DNA of 64,000 nt, from the NCBI GenBank assembly GCA_002633005.1, contig NMRA01000472.1:252071-316070 (forward strand), written 5' to 3'. Below, piece by piece: positions 48,701 through 62,100 of the stretch. How positions within the stretch are numbered: the first letter of the stretch is position 1; each line of letters starts with the position of its first letter. The notes under the pieces were generated by a model. The model saw only the letters and a program-made list of their open reading frames with translations, searched no databases and was not told the origin of the DNA. The DNA is from Phoronis australis (lineage: Eukaryota; Animalia; Phoronida). The translations under genes were made by a program, and so were the position numbers.

Positions 48701-51700
48701 AGCTGTCAACTGTTCGCCACTTATCGATTTTTCTCCAACAAAGCACGTCTGCGTATTTCGTATTACAAGGCATAGACGTATTCGCCACTTATCGATTTTT
48801 CTCCAACAAAGCACGTCTGCGTATTTCGTATTACAAGGCATAGACGTAGCACATTCTGCTCCGATGGAAAAGTGATCTTTGACCTTTGATAGAAACAACA
48901 CAATCTTGACTTCAAGCAGCAGCCAGTAGCCAGTCAAATTAAGAAACAATTGTTTGAAATTAGTTATTAATGTATAGTGATGTTCAAAAATTCTAAAATT
49001 TGTCAAGTATGAAAGCCAAAAACAGAAGAAAGAAAACAAAGCGACCAAATCCAACCAATGACCTACCATTACTACAAATGCTGATACCAACAGAGCGCAT
49101 TCATCTCGTCTGTTCTTCATTTTTGGGAGAGTGGGAGGAACTACGGAATATGTTTTCTTCATTATATACAGTTTGGAAAAACAAAATTCTAATTAAAAAG
49201 TATCTCAACATTACATTGGGTATATTGTTAACAAGTATGCAATTGATGGCAAATAATAGAAATGAGAAATTCAATACATTCATGTTAACGTGCTTTCTTC
49301 CTATGTTAAGTAGAACAGAGCCATGGTGGAACTCTTCCCGTGACAACGATAACACGGTCACAATGGTTGTCATTGTCTACTACACAGGCCACGTGCTTAA
49401 CGTAGTGCTTTTTAACACGTTAGGAAGTTCACTAACATTACATCTGTCAGCCTTCAAGATGGGCCTGGAAATTATAAATTTGTGTGATTTGTAGGATGGA
49501 GCAACTGCTTACGATGTCTGTGGCGACGAGTGTAATGTGTTTTTTAACAATGTCAGCGATTCGACTATCGAGAAAATAAAGAAAGTCCTTAAGGTATGTA
49601 GTGGTGAAAAAATATTCAAATTTTTGTTTTGAATAGAAACTAGTGTTTTTATGATTTATCAACGTTATGAAGGAATCTCAGTCGTATTGCCATCAATTAT
49701 CGGACCTCCAAAGGCAACACCTTGCGTGTACTCGACAGAAGATAACATAGAAGCATCACGCTCAAGAGCTTACTGCGTTGGACTTCCATGTTTATCTGCA
49801 TTGTATTCCGAATTCTGCTTACAGGGCAGTCACAAAACTACAATATCATGTTGCAAGGGAAGACATACTTACAATATCGTCATGGCAATAATATTTTATG
49901 AGAATTTACTTGCCTTGTTATCAATTATCGCGTTGGTGTCGTTTAAGAAAATGTGTTACTCTTCTTAAACGTTATTTGCACCGTTGGGAAAAAGTCCCGA
50001 GTTTCAACACTGATCCCTACAGAGATGTTTTCAGACTTAACTATAGGTCACTTGATTTTACTAATGTTTTGCATGTATCTTATATATTGTATAATTGTTT
50101 TTTTATTTTGGTTATAAATATACATCTTGGTCAGACAGGTGCAATTAAGGTCATTTCTCATGATCTCTGTGTCATTTAAACAGCTCAGGAGACATTCTAA
50201 TGTTTGTTTTAATATTTGTATTACGTTACTTGGCAATTCGTCACCTGTAGGAGCACATACGACTCGAGCAGCAAAGCGGACCACCTCCCCCACATGAAGA
50301 CGCCGATAAGGATCTCGCACCTGTCGATGAAAAAGCGAACGTGTTATTAGCGGCGGTGGAAGGTTATGTAAACGCAAAACGTAAAAGCATACCTGATGGC
50401 ATGGTGGACGTGATCGTAAAAGTAAAACGGAGGGACGACGGGACACTGGAACTGCGGAGTGTGGATACTAAATTGACGGGTATTGTATACTGTGACGTTT
50501 ACTATCACTGCGCGAGGAAGTCAGGGAAAAGTGAGAACATGACGATGTTTCAGATTTCCTACATCCAACTCGATCGGTCCTCTGGAAAATAATACATTTA
50601 GTCTGAAGATAATACATTCAGTTCCCTAAAAGCATATTTTGCGTTTTTTCGGGCATAAGCTCGTCTGTTGGTTCTCATGTGTTATCTGCCAATCTTTTCG
50701 TAACTGAATATGTGATATTCACATGCCGGAGCATCGAGGACGCGTTGCTTGTCGTCAACTTTTAATCCCTCAAATCGAACCGTCTCCATCGAACTCGGCT
50801 CTTGGATGGTAATTGTTTCTATAAACTTCAGAGAACTCTTAACTCCGTATAATAACAAACAATAATATCATAATTGTTAAACATTGACTGAAACCAAGAC
50901 AAAAAGAAAGTTTTAGTATTCAGCATCTATGAGCATGCTCAAACACAGTCTATTGCAAGAGATACTGCAATATTATCAAAGGCGAAAAGGCAACTTTAAC
51001 CTCGTGGACAATTACTTGAATGACAGTTAATGCTTCATAAATCCACAGAAAATCTTGTGCGCCTATAGTAGTATCATACATTTTGGTTTTTCCAAAAGAT
51101 TTTTACATTTTAATTTCCTGCTTACAGGTGCATGCGCTTAAGTTCCAAAATTTGTCGGTTTTGAGCTCAGATTATAGACGCTACTTTACTTTTTTACCAA
51201 AATATACCGACCCCTTTGATTTTGCACACCGTATGTTGTCAGTGACGTTCTGGGGGAAGTAAGCCTGGTAGAGTCATGTTTATGTTCTAAAAATGTACAC
51301 TTTTAACGTTGTAAATTTTACTTTTATCAAAGCGTTTAGCCATCGATCTTGATAAAGTAACAATTGGTTAGTCGAATACATCTCCATATTCTAAAAAGTT
51401 ACTCAATACTTTACTGTAACTGTTAGATCACTTTATTTTTAACTGTTTGACTTGTGTTTGAGCACCATAATCAAGGCAAGTTGTACTCAAACGTCCTCAT
51501 AGGTGCAAGTGGCTATTGATATTAGTCGAACAGTCGCAGATCTGCAATTAGGTGCACACGCTCCATTACGTGGCTATACAGTTCCACTTGATTCTGCGTA
51601 TAAATCAACACGTGAGGAAATTGGGAAATGAAAATTTCAACTTTCCTGACATGTCATATGTACTTTCTATTGCAGTGACTCCTAATTGGAAGTCTTCCAA

Positions 51701-54700
51701 AAGAATTTTAATGTTGATGAAACAAATACCTGTAAACGTATTCACTATGAGAATTAAAGTGAAAGTCACTGTATAAACTTGGGCACAAAGTCATACACAA
51801 GTTGGAATGAAGATATCTTGATTATTGAAATTGTTATTGAAAACACATTTGACAACAAGCGTCAAACTGACATGACATCCCGGTCTGCTTTGCAAGAAAT
51901 ACTTGTAAGTGTCTACTACCAGACTTTGCATGAATGTATATGACATAGAGAACCACGCAGTAGTGTTTTTTAAAACAAAGCATAACCTTCCACGTAGACC
52001 TACTATGCAGGCCAATTTTATGTCCTCGTTTTAAGTTTATTTTTGGAACTTGTTTATTAAATGTATCACTTCTTGCCTAATGGAAACGGGTGTGGAGGTG
52101 TAAAATGAACTTTCTTCTAGGCATGCTTAAATTGTGTCAATGCTCACCACAAAAGTGCAACAAACTATGCAAATTTTCAATATTCCAGTTTAGAATACGT
52201 ATTTTGTGTTACACCATGTAATGTTAAATGTATATATGTCGAGATATAACTTTTCAGACAGTTCAAGGTTATTATTTTCGGTAGTTTGTGATTTAAAATA
52301 AAAAATAAACTTTAATGAAAACCGGTTTTACTGCACCTTAATCTGCCTGAGTGTGAGAATTTCAAGATACATGTGTTTGTTTCAAACAAGTAATCCACTG
52401 AACAACCTTTTTGGCACACTTGATTGAGCTGTTCACTGATCAAGTGAAAGTAGGCCCAATGCGTTCTGCTTGTAAATTGCTTTGTGGGGGAACTGGACAA
52501 CCCAGATATTTACGATATGTGTGATTGTATTAGTCGCAACACTACACTGTGTGATCCAGCCAGACGCCGCTGTTACTCTTTCAGTCTAGGGAGAAAACTT
52601 GGCAACGAATGCATGGTTTTGAAAAAAGGCACGGTCTGGGTCTTCAGTATTTGGTCATTTACTGCAACATTATCGAAGTGTCATTACCATGCATATTTTT
52701 TACTTTCAGAATATTTCCCACGCTCTGTTCCCGTAAAAAAGCAGTCTGGTCTGTTTGGCACGATCCCTGACAGGGGTGAAAACGTGATTTCAGCACACTT
52801 CCAAAAGTCTCTGACCAATGCCGTATCAGCAGTAGCCCAACTTAAGCGGTCAGATGGACGTGGGGTGGGGTCGGGCTTCCGAGTCGGGCTCACTTACGTG
52901 ATGACGAACTATCACGTATATAAGTTGCTGAGTCTTGATGTTGCCAGTAAGTATATCGATGGTTGATTGATTGATTGTTGAGGTTAAATCTACCTGTATG
53001 GTAAGTTGCTGTTGTACAGTTTGTCTACATTCGTTCAGAAGTACATGGTGTAGGTCAACATGTCTCAGAATTATCATGGAAGTACAAATATATAAGGACA
53101 TGGATTGTCTGCAGCTTACTCTCTGTGGTAGTATTATTGTCTCATTTTATTTCCGTTTGAGAATGAGACAAGTATGTTTCAAAATAAAGCGTGTGTCATT
53201 TAATCATGTTTTGTTCAGTTGCTTCACCGATGTTCTGTTGAGTGTAGAACTTTGTTCCGATGATACGAAATGAACGGAATAAAGGCTGTTAATGACGACA
53301 AGTGCGCTGTATTTAATCAATTTTGCACATCGAAAACAATATAATAGGAACTATGCAATGTTAATTCCGACACAAAATTTCATGATTTTTTCAAAAAAAG
53401 GAAATTTTTGTGAATTAGTTCCTGAAGATTAGGCTCTGGCATTGATTGGTTTGGTTTTGCGTTAGTAATGAAACGACATTTAGTCTTCACCTGCTCATCT
53501 CAGTCACTTGTGTTTTACAGTGAATAAAAACGCAGCAATCTTTTACTTCGACAAGCGATTAGAGCAGTGTACACCAAAAGCAATACCTATCCGGTCTCTG
53601 GTAGCCTACAATGAAGAGCTAGATGTGGCTGTATTGGAACTGGATTTCAACTCGCCTCTTACGGCAGCATTCACCAACTGTGAACAGATCAACAAGCTCT
53701 CATTACCGCCAGCATTGACAAACTTCAAGGCTATTTCTCAACAAGAACAAGTACAGTTTGCTGGACATTCAGACAAAACTGGCCATAAAGTTGTCCAATT
53801 CCATTGTCCTGTTGTCCTCATGGATCCAGCAGATTTCTTGAAAACGGTAAAAAGTGGTGACATCATTTCACGCTAAGTAGTCACGTGTTTCTGCAGCATC
53901 TGCATGGTGATTGGCTGTACAGCAAAGCCATTCATAGTGAAGCACGTGTCCGTTTCTTTCACTTACCAAGACAATAATCCTTTAAGGACTTGATCAGTGA
54001 AAAAATTGTAACTTAGTCCGAAAATCCTTAACTCAAGATGGTGATTTTTGTAAATAATTACTTTTACGCCGTTAAGTGCTGCAAATAATCAATTTGCACA
54101 AGTAATTTACATGCATAACGTTCACTCACTGTGGGCATCATACATCTGCTCTTCAAATGGTCACGTGAGCGGCCAGCCTGTTTCAAGTGCCGCCGCGTGC
54201 TATTGTAATACAGATACATGTATCAAGGTTATGGGGAACCTATCAACAAGTCTATGTATTTAACAAATTATCTAGAAAACTATATAAACTATATGTCAGC
54301 ATATTTTCTGAGGGTAGAGAAGTCTGTAGAATTTTCCTTATAACCAATCCGTCAGTAATCGTGTCATGTGTCCCAGTCTTTTTAGTAAAATTTAAAAAAT
54401 AGGAACATTCATTGCAAAACAGCATCATCAATAACTCTATCAAACTTCATTTGAATTCCTAAAACCGCTTTGGTGTGGTGATGTAGTAATATCATCTGTC
54501 TACATCAGCCTCTGGCATGTTTACATTGGCGTTGTAGCTAGAGGTTGGTGCAAATAGACCAATAGAGTTTAGGGTGTTTATTTGATATTATGTTTCAAAA
54601 ACCCTGTTACAGTTTTCTGAAACACAAGTTCGTTTTGGTCGCACGCAACTTGAGAATTCATCATGAAATCATAAAAACCCGCCTATTTTGAAAGCCTCCC

Positions 54701-56070
54701 ATCTACCAAGTGGTAGATTATTAAATGCCATTATATACCTAAGCTTGTTTTGAAAACATTATTGAGAATAATATCAGAGGGTTTCACGTAAATCCGCACA
54801 GCCCTTTCCGACAGAGACATGATGTTCAGAAGTTGCCTAAAAATGGACATTTTCATAGGGTCCTACTTCACCTTAAACTTCGCGAAATAGAGGAACAATA
54901 TTACACATGTTTCAATACAACACAGATGGCCATCTAGTTGCAGCTCAAGTCATTTCAACATTTGACCAGGTCAGGGGCCCTGGACGTCTGGTTGGCTTGA
55001 TATATCCTCAAATTGGGAACACCCCGTTATTCAGTCATACAATGTTTACTTAAATGTAGAATTTTATCCCCTCCTAGTGCTGTAACAGTATTGAGTAATA
55101 TCGAGCTGGCTTTGTGTCTTGCCTCGTTAGCCTATCATAAGCTCTGAAAGTGTGAAGGTGCGCAGAACTACTTCAAAATGGCTACATCCGGGTGCCATTT
55201 GTGGTGCATAGCTGGATGCTGCATACAGTTTCAGATAGTGACTCATTGTCTGTTATGACACGCTATTTGTCGCAAATAACATGGACAAGCATCAGTGAAT
55301 GATTGAAGCATGGCTGGTTTTCAACATCAAGAAACTCCTATATCGACAAATAATACTATTTATTTTTAAGAATGGAGTCCTTTTTATTTAACCCACGGTC
55401 ACACGGTTTTTGTGATTGTCGCCAGATGATACCCTATCCTGTATCTCTTTTATATTCAAATTGGGACGCATGGTTAGCACATTGTGCTCTTTGTGCGGTT
55501 TTATCGGTTTAGTTTTGTCCATAATGAGCAAAGGTCTCTTAGGGGCCCCAGAATTTAATACGTCGATCGCCGGGCTGAATGGATATGTTGTACTGTTATC
55601 AATCGGACAGTTGGCTAAAGTTCGGTTACACGGTTTGCAAGGAACGCAAAAATATATCAGGCGACATATTTTCAGATTTTCAATGATTGTATGCAAAAAA
55701 TGATAAATCACTCGTTTACACATTTCAGATTAGCGATCTGAAACAATGGGCTCAGAAAGTATTTCCTGGGTTTGAGGCATACTCAAAAATCGACGACCCA
55801 CATCGAACACTTTACAGAACAAGTCCAAAATTTGGCCATGGCAGCTCAGGAAGTCCTGGTTTTGTACCCGATGACGAACAGGAGGCTAGCGTGGCTGTGA
55901 TACAAACACGTGGATTCCCGGATCTGCCAGACTATCACTCTGTGCCTGAAAATCAAATCAAGGCTCGCATGGTTGAGCAAGGCATCAGGATAGAGGCAGT
56001 GTATGATTTTCTCCATGCCAGCCACCCAGTATTATGCAGGGATATTTTTGGTCTTGTTAGACCCAGTTAG
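30644..56070 (+). CDS. Ankyrin-repeat protein with a C-terminal FAM111-like trypsin-fold serine protease (5' exon not located)
   Basis: Twelve GT-AG exons in one continuous frame: 30644-30733, 39400-39495, 40058-40159, 40720-40818, 40965-41063, 41583-41684, 48116-48214, 49495-49593, 50251-50479, 52710-52946, 53521-53846, 55729-56070 (1920 nt, 639 aa + stop). GxTPLHxAA repeats, then GSGF / MTNYHV / ELDVAVLEL / GHS / GSSGSPG. Confidence 0.8.
37740..38140. mobile_element. PIF/Harbinger-type MITE
   Basis: TIRs GGCCCGGTCTCTAATCTTT...AAAGATTGGAGACCGGGCC with a 3-bp TSD CTG on both sides. Confidence 0.85.
39400..39495 (+). CDS. Ankyrin repeat exon
   Basis: [32 protein letters not shown]. Confidence 0.9.
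40058..40159 (+). CDS. Ankyrin repeat exon
   Basis: [34 protein letters not shown]. Confidence 0.9.
40720..40818 (+). CDS. Ankyrin repeat exon (recent duplicate of 40058-40159)
   Basis: [33 protein letters not shown]. Confidence 0.9.
40965..41063 (+). CDS. Ankyrin repeat exon
   Basis: [33 protein letters not shown]. Confidence 0.9.
41583..41684 (+). CDS. Ankyrin repeat exon
   Basis: [34 protein letters not shown]. Confidence 0.85.
48116..48214 (+). CDS. Ankyrin repeat exon
   Basis: [33 protein letters not shown]. Confidence 0.9.
48713..48848. repeat. Near-perfect 68-bp tandem duplication
   Basis: ttcgccacttatcgattttt...aggcatagacgta twice. Confidence 0.9.
49495..49593 (+). CDS. C-terminal ankyrin cap exon
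   Basis: [33 protein letters not shown]. Confidence 0.8.
50251..50479 (+). CDS. Linker exon between the ankyrin array and the protease
   Basis: [21 protein letters not shown]...[14 protein letters not shown]; phase 0 in, phase 1 out (donor position less certain). Confidence 0.65.
52710..52946 (+). CDS. Protease exon with the catalytic His
   Basis: ...[21 protein letters not shown]... Confidence 0.88.
53521..53846 (+). CDS. Protease exon with the catalytic Asp
   Basis: ...[13 protein letters not shown]...[20 protein letters not shown]... Confidence 0.88.
55729..56070 (+). CDS. Terminal protease exon with the catalytic Ser
   Basis: ...[24 protein letters not shown]...[15 protein letters not shown]...stop. 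Confidence 0.88.
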   Translation: MSDLKQWAQKVFPGFEAYSKIDDPHRTLYRTSPKFGHGSSGSPGFVPDDEQEASVAVIQTRGFPDLPDYHSVPENQIKARMVEQGIRIEAVYDFLHASHPVLCRDIFGLVRPS

Positions 56071-59048
56071 TAATTGTGCTGACAGTTTGCCTGTATGCAT
56101 ACTAAAAGTGTATTCCCTCTGTGTATTCACTCAAATTCCACTACATTCTTTGGGTTATTAAGATTACTCTGATAAGTGGTGGTGCACACAAGTCAAGTCG
56201 CTCCATTGCATTGCTTCAGCAGGTTACACAATAGAAATTTGGATACTATCGGCAATGAGGCAGTAAATGCAATGTGCGTGATTCCATCTCCTGTAGATTG
56301 TTAACCAAAGTCATTTTGAACAAAGATTTAAGGTTTTATAGCGTTAGGGTCAACAATTAGTGGCGGCGAAAGTATGTTGGCCCAAAAATATACTCACTCT
56401 TCACTACATTGCCAGGAGGTCAAATACGTTTCCCGTGGGTCAAATTCTGCGCCCGGACCTACTGTGCAGTTACACCTTGTAGTGTAAGTGAGTGCGTGAG
56501 CCATTGCGTGCTCTGTATGCACAGAAATGACAAACGACTCAATTTTGGAGAATGAAAATTTATTGCGCAGTTCCACTGGAAACTAAAACACTTCAAAGTT
56601 GTGCACAATTCTTCCTTGGCCTGTTAGGAGTTGAATCCTCTTTCCCCTGCTCTTGGTGAATTACAAACCACTAATCCTGTTCCTAAATCAATAAACAATG
56701 CATTTACTATCATTTGAATTTGTGAGTATACTTTTGGGACAACCTGTGGAACTGTCAAAATTTCGTCGAAGATTGTCATTGAGAGTAATTTCAGATAGGC
56801 AAAAATCGTTAATCTATTATGCTATATGGGGATCGGACGACAAAGATTTTCTGAATTTCATCGTGCAGGTAAGTTCATTGAGGCACCATCTTTTATTACC
56901 ATCAGTCGATTTCGGTAAATACATAAACCTGGCAGAAAAATCTTGCATAAAAGGCATGCAAACCTTTTCTTTTATTGCAGATACACTAAATTGGTTGAAA
57001 CTGTTCAGCGCTAAAATATTCCCACGTACTACTGCGAGGCGTGGTATTTTCATGCGTAGAAGGATGTAAAAATGGTTCTCTGTAAAGTTTTGTTAAGAGT
57101 TTCCTCCACAAACAGGTAGACGCGCTTGTGGAATGAGGTAGATTGACATTGCTGGTTAACAGACTCATTTGAGTAATTAAATACAAATAACGATCTTTGC
57201 CAAAAATACTTACTTCCTATCATAAATATGGTCAATGGTACTTTTGTAAACATAATGTAATCAAAGGTATAAAAGAGTAAGAACTTTTTATCGAAGACGC
57301 GAATCTATTGTCAAAATGTAAAAAGTGTGCGCATGCGCACAGAAGTGCTTATGTTATGATTTGTAATGTGGTCTTCTTCCACTGCCTTGTAACATGAAAA
57401 AATTGATATTGCTGTAAATATGTAAATTGGAAACAAAAAACGTGTTGTTTATCAAAACAGAATACTATAAGCAATTCTCGAAGTCATACAGATTTGTGAC
57501 GCGCAACCGGAGGAACATAAAACTGGGCATCCCCTGGGATTTGGGAGTTCTTCCAAGAAAATGTTTGAGCTTTTTTCAAGTTCACAGCTCGGGGACCCGT
57601 ATACGCCATGGGGGACCGTCGGTGAGGAACACTTTCCCAACATTTTTATGCGTCCACAGGGTTCTTCTGGACGTTCGATTACTGCGAAAACCGCTGGACA
57701 GATTTTGACAAAACGTCACAGAACAATTTTTTTAACAAAACATTTGCCCAAATTATTGTCAAAATGATGAGTTTAGCGAAATATGACAAAGAGACAACGT
57801 GGCAGAGATGCATCAGCATCAGTCAATGTTCGTTCAATTTGACAGCAGTTCGAGGTGCAAACGTATTTTCTATTGTGGTATGGTCTTCAGTGACGTAACT
57901 GTATTGCAAGGTAGCCTAGTACTTTATAACTTGCCATAGGAGGGGCATTTGAAGTTGAGCCCTACTTCATTAAGCCCCAAATGTTCTTCAACAAATATCT
58001 TCACCTAGGAATGTCCTTAATCTATACAAACTTTTGCTTAATCTACGCCTACACGGAAATGACGCACACACTACATTCATATGAGCATGGTAACCTCCAA
58101 TAAAAACAAGTCGGCGGAAGTAAATCATATTTATTTCATCCTATTAGTAAGCACAATCAACACTGAGGGGCTAATGGTGTCTAGGTGTTGCTGACGTCAC
58201 AGAACACGATATGGAAATGGCAAAGACTAAGAATTATCATCTGGGTAGCGTACATTGTATTCTATTGTGGCCTAAAACAAATTAACGCTGAGAAGAATAC
58301 CAAAATGTCAAGACAAGTATTGACTTGAAAGTGATTAAAAATTTTCTTTTAGTTCAACTGACCTAAGCCAGAGTCAAGACTAAGCAATGTTGCTGTTCAA
58401 CATGTTCAGAGATGAATGTATCTATATTGTACCTACAGGAATTTAACACAAGGAACAACAAGAATAAAGCTATAACACCAATAGCGAAAATTAAGCAATC
58501 CATGTTGTAGGACTTGAAACTTGAAATGCAAAGGGTGGATAAACTAAACAAAGTTTTAAACATCAAAAGGTTAACAGAATCAAGGTCAGCTCCAATGCTA
58601 AACAAACTATCAGGCAAGGTAAACACAGTCACTTCACTAACAGCAAACCACACCCTTTGAGTAACATCACTCCTGCTTTTAGTATTAAACTCCCTCTTCA
58701 CACACTTCAAATGGAATCAAGTTAAAAGGGATTATGGGAAATATTGCCCCAATGTAGGATGCACATTATTTTGTTGATATTTTAAAATTTTGTGGCATTG
58801 TTTTTCATTAATGGTCATTAGGACATGTGATGTGGCCACCAAGTGGCGTGCAGACCAGACTTTTTAGGGGAAGAATACGAACAGCTTAAGGCAAAACAGT
58901 ACTTGTCACTCTCTTGAAAAATGGAACACTAACATCTACTACCTGTTTTGATACGACTGCAACCAGAGAATTGAGTCAGGTTTTGAACTCATACGGAACA
59001 TTTTGAAGGAAAATAAGCAAGGATAACTGTTGCCATTAGATACTGTTG

Positions 59049-59110
59049 TTATAGGGAGGCTAGGAGTTCTCTGAGGTAACCATCCGGGTCTGTGATAGTT
59101 TCCAGAAGCC
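59049..59110 (-). CDS. UBR4: UBR4 terminal coding exon
   Basis: GLLETITDPDGYLRELLASL*. Confidence 0.9.
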
Positions 59111-62100
59111 CTGCAAAATAAAGTAAGTTGTTCACAGATCATCTAAGGAAACAAACCCCAAAAATATGGCCAATATCATGCAAATCAAGAACCAGGGAAC
59201 TCAGTAATTGGCAAATGTACAGCCATGTAATGACCTCACTAGCAACATCTACTGCTAGACCATGTCGTGTCCCTATTGTGATCTTTGGCTAGAGAGATTT
59301 TGTGATCTCAAAAGCACCTGGTCTGCTGCAAGACCATGTGAAGTGACTGACGCCATGTATGGCTAGTCAGAACACGTGATCTCGCAAGTGCCATCTGCGA
59401 GACCATGGGATGTCACTAGCGCCATCTGCGAGACCATGGGACATCAGTCATACCACCTGTGCTAGTGACATCATGAGATCTCACAAACATCTGCTGCTAA
59501 ACCATGGGATGTCACTAACGCCATCTGTATGTATCCAGATCATGTGACCTCAAAAGCGTCATCTACTAGTAGACCATGAGATATCACTAGCATGTAACTA
59601 GCTGCAACTATAGCAGAGCTGCACCCTGTGATCTCACTCAGAGTGCAACCTATTGCAGAGCAGACCTTATATAACCTCAGTGGATTTGACTCGTACACAT
59701 TATACCCTATCTGAAATGAACTTCGTTTTGGCAAACCTAACTAATGGAATGTCTAGAAAAAGCTAAAGGTTTGTTTCTAGCAAAACTTCCAGAATAGCAC
59801 TTTACATCATTCTTAACACTGTTTAAATGTGTTTAGAAGGCAAAATACATTTGTGGCGAAACCGCGAACAAACATCGATTGAATGTGTTTCAATAATGCA
59901 AAAAGTTAACAACTTTTTAAAAAAAATCAAAGCTAAAACTTAAATGATAATTATTTGAATACGATTTTTGTCATTTGGAAATAATCCAGAACCACATGCC
60001 AAGTCTTTGCGAACCAAGTCTCTCGGCAACCAGAGGGTGCCTATACATGCACACTCACCAACCACGTCGCAGAATTCCGCAAATGTCTCACAAGGCAGCA
60101 CTTCCTGTTCATACACCGTCAACAGCCGGTCGCCAAGATCCATCATTCCTCGCTCGTCAGCGCGGATCTGATCCGCCAGCCCACTGGACCATGTGCCGTC
60201 TGAGCCCACAGTGGCTTTCTGAAAAGTGACGCCATAACTGCCAGTTACAAATTCCAAAAATGGGTTAAATTTTGAAAGAAATGATTTTAAGCTAAACTTT
60301 AGCGTTAAATACTAACTACGGGCAATAGCATAGTGACGTTAACTGCCCTTCAATCATTACACACCACAAAGCTTGCATAGTAATCATATGTAATAGAATT
60401 ACACATTACTGTTAGTATAAGTAATACCTGAGTAATAAAATAACGTACACTGCTATTAATGCAATTCAAACATCGAAATCCCAACATTCCCAATAAGCAA
60501 CAAATTTTGTGGCTTCAATTTCATAAACTAAAATCAACCCAAAAGTGTTCTGCTGGGTTCAATCTTCGCCTGGGCAGCAGACGATGATTTTACCTTGAAC
60601 ATGACATTGATCACACCGTCGACGAGAGAGAAAAAGACAAGGTAGGGCTTGTAGACAGTGTACTCTTGAACCTCTCTGTTGGTGAGACTGGAATGAGAAC
60701 ACACGTGTTACTACTAGGATCACCCACACTTACTGCGCGTACGACGCAGCTTTTCTGAAAATGCATTTTTTCAAAATAAAAATCGTTTTGCACAGCTTAA
60801 CTCATTGCTAATGACTGAATTCATCAGAGAAAAGTGCACACTTCAGTTAACTTCATAAAAATTAATGAAAGTTGGGTCCATCAAATTCTTGAGGCACATT
60901 TCCCCTCAACAGAACTCACTAAATAAAACACAGTGAAATATGACAATTTCTTTTAAGCATGATACGTCAGTTCAACATTTGCAGTATAGAGGCCGAAAAC
61001 CAAGTGTAGCAAATTCTACCTAGCAGTGCCTGGTGGAGACACCTGCTGGACGTGGGCTGTAATCAACAGGCGTTTGAGAAAGTCTGCACGCTGCTCGTTC
61101 CATTTGTCACGTGGCAGCACTAAGATAGCCATGACCATCCAATAGAGGGCGCTTTCCACCTGCAAATACCAACAACAACAGCGTATCAAGCACACTGTAA
61201 CTGGAACATCCAGTGACCAGAGTATAGTGACTCATTGGCAACTTGTACAAATTTGCTGACTCAGTAACCTACCAAACTCATATGGTTTATAATCTATCCA
61301 AACCTACCAAACTCATATGGTTTATAATCTATCCAAACCTACCAAACTCATATGGTTTATAATCTATCCAAACCTACCAAACTCATATGGTTTATAATCT
61401 ATCCAAACCTACCAAACTCATATGGTTTATAATCTATCCAAACCTACCAAACTCATATGGTTTATAATCTATCCAAACCTACCAAACTCATATGGTTTAT
61501 AATCTATCCAAACCTACCAAACTCATATGGTTTATAATCTATCCAAACCTACCAAACTCATATGGTTTATAATCTATCCAAACCTACCAAACTCATATGG
61601 TTTATAATCTATCCAAACCTACCAAACTCATATGGTTTATAATCTATCCAAACCTACCAAACTCATATGGTTTATAATCTATCCAAACCTACCAAACTCA
61701 TATGGTTTATAATCTATCCAAACCTACCAAACTCATATGGTTTATAATCTATCCAAACCTACCAAACTCATATGGTTTATAATCTATCCAAACCTACCAA
61801 ACTCATATGGTTTATAATCTATCCAAACCTACCAAACTCATATGGTTTATAATCTATCCAAACCTACCAAACTCATATGGTTTATAATCTATCCAAACCT
61901 ACCAAACTCATATGGTTTATAATCTATCCAAACCTACCAAACTCATATGGTTTATAATCTATCCAAACCTACCAAACTCATATGGTTTATAATCTATCCA
62001 AACCTACCAAACTCATATGGTTTATAATCTATCCAAACCTACCAAACTCATATGGTTTATAATCTATCCAAACCTACCAAACTCATATGGTTTATAATCT

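Noticed and set aside
48581-49494. 193-aa and 164-aa ORFs
   Set aside because: Intronic, no recognisable motifs, partly generated by a 68-bp duplication.
57326-57341. Perfect palindrome TGTGCGCATGCGCACA (NRF1-like site)
   Set aside because: Sits between two convergent 3' ends with no nearby start; a single motif is insufficient evidence of a promoter.
58363-58710. 115-aa minus-strand ORF with a hydrophobic stretch
   Set aside because: Lies in the presumed UBR4 3' UTR (minus-strand AATAAA near 58130); no homology recognised.
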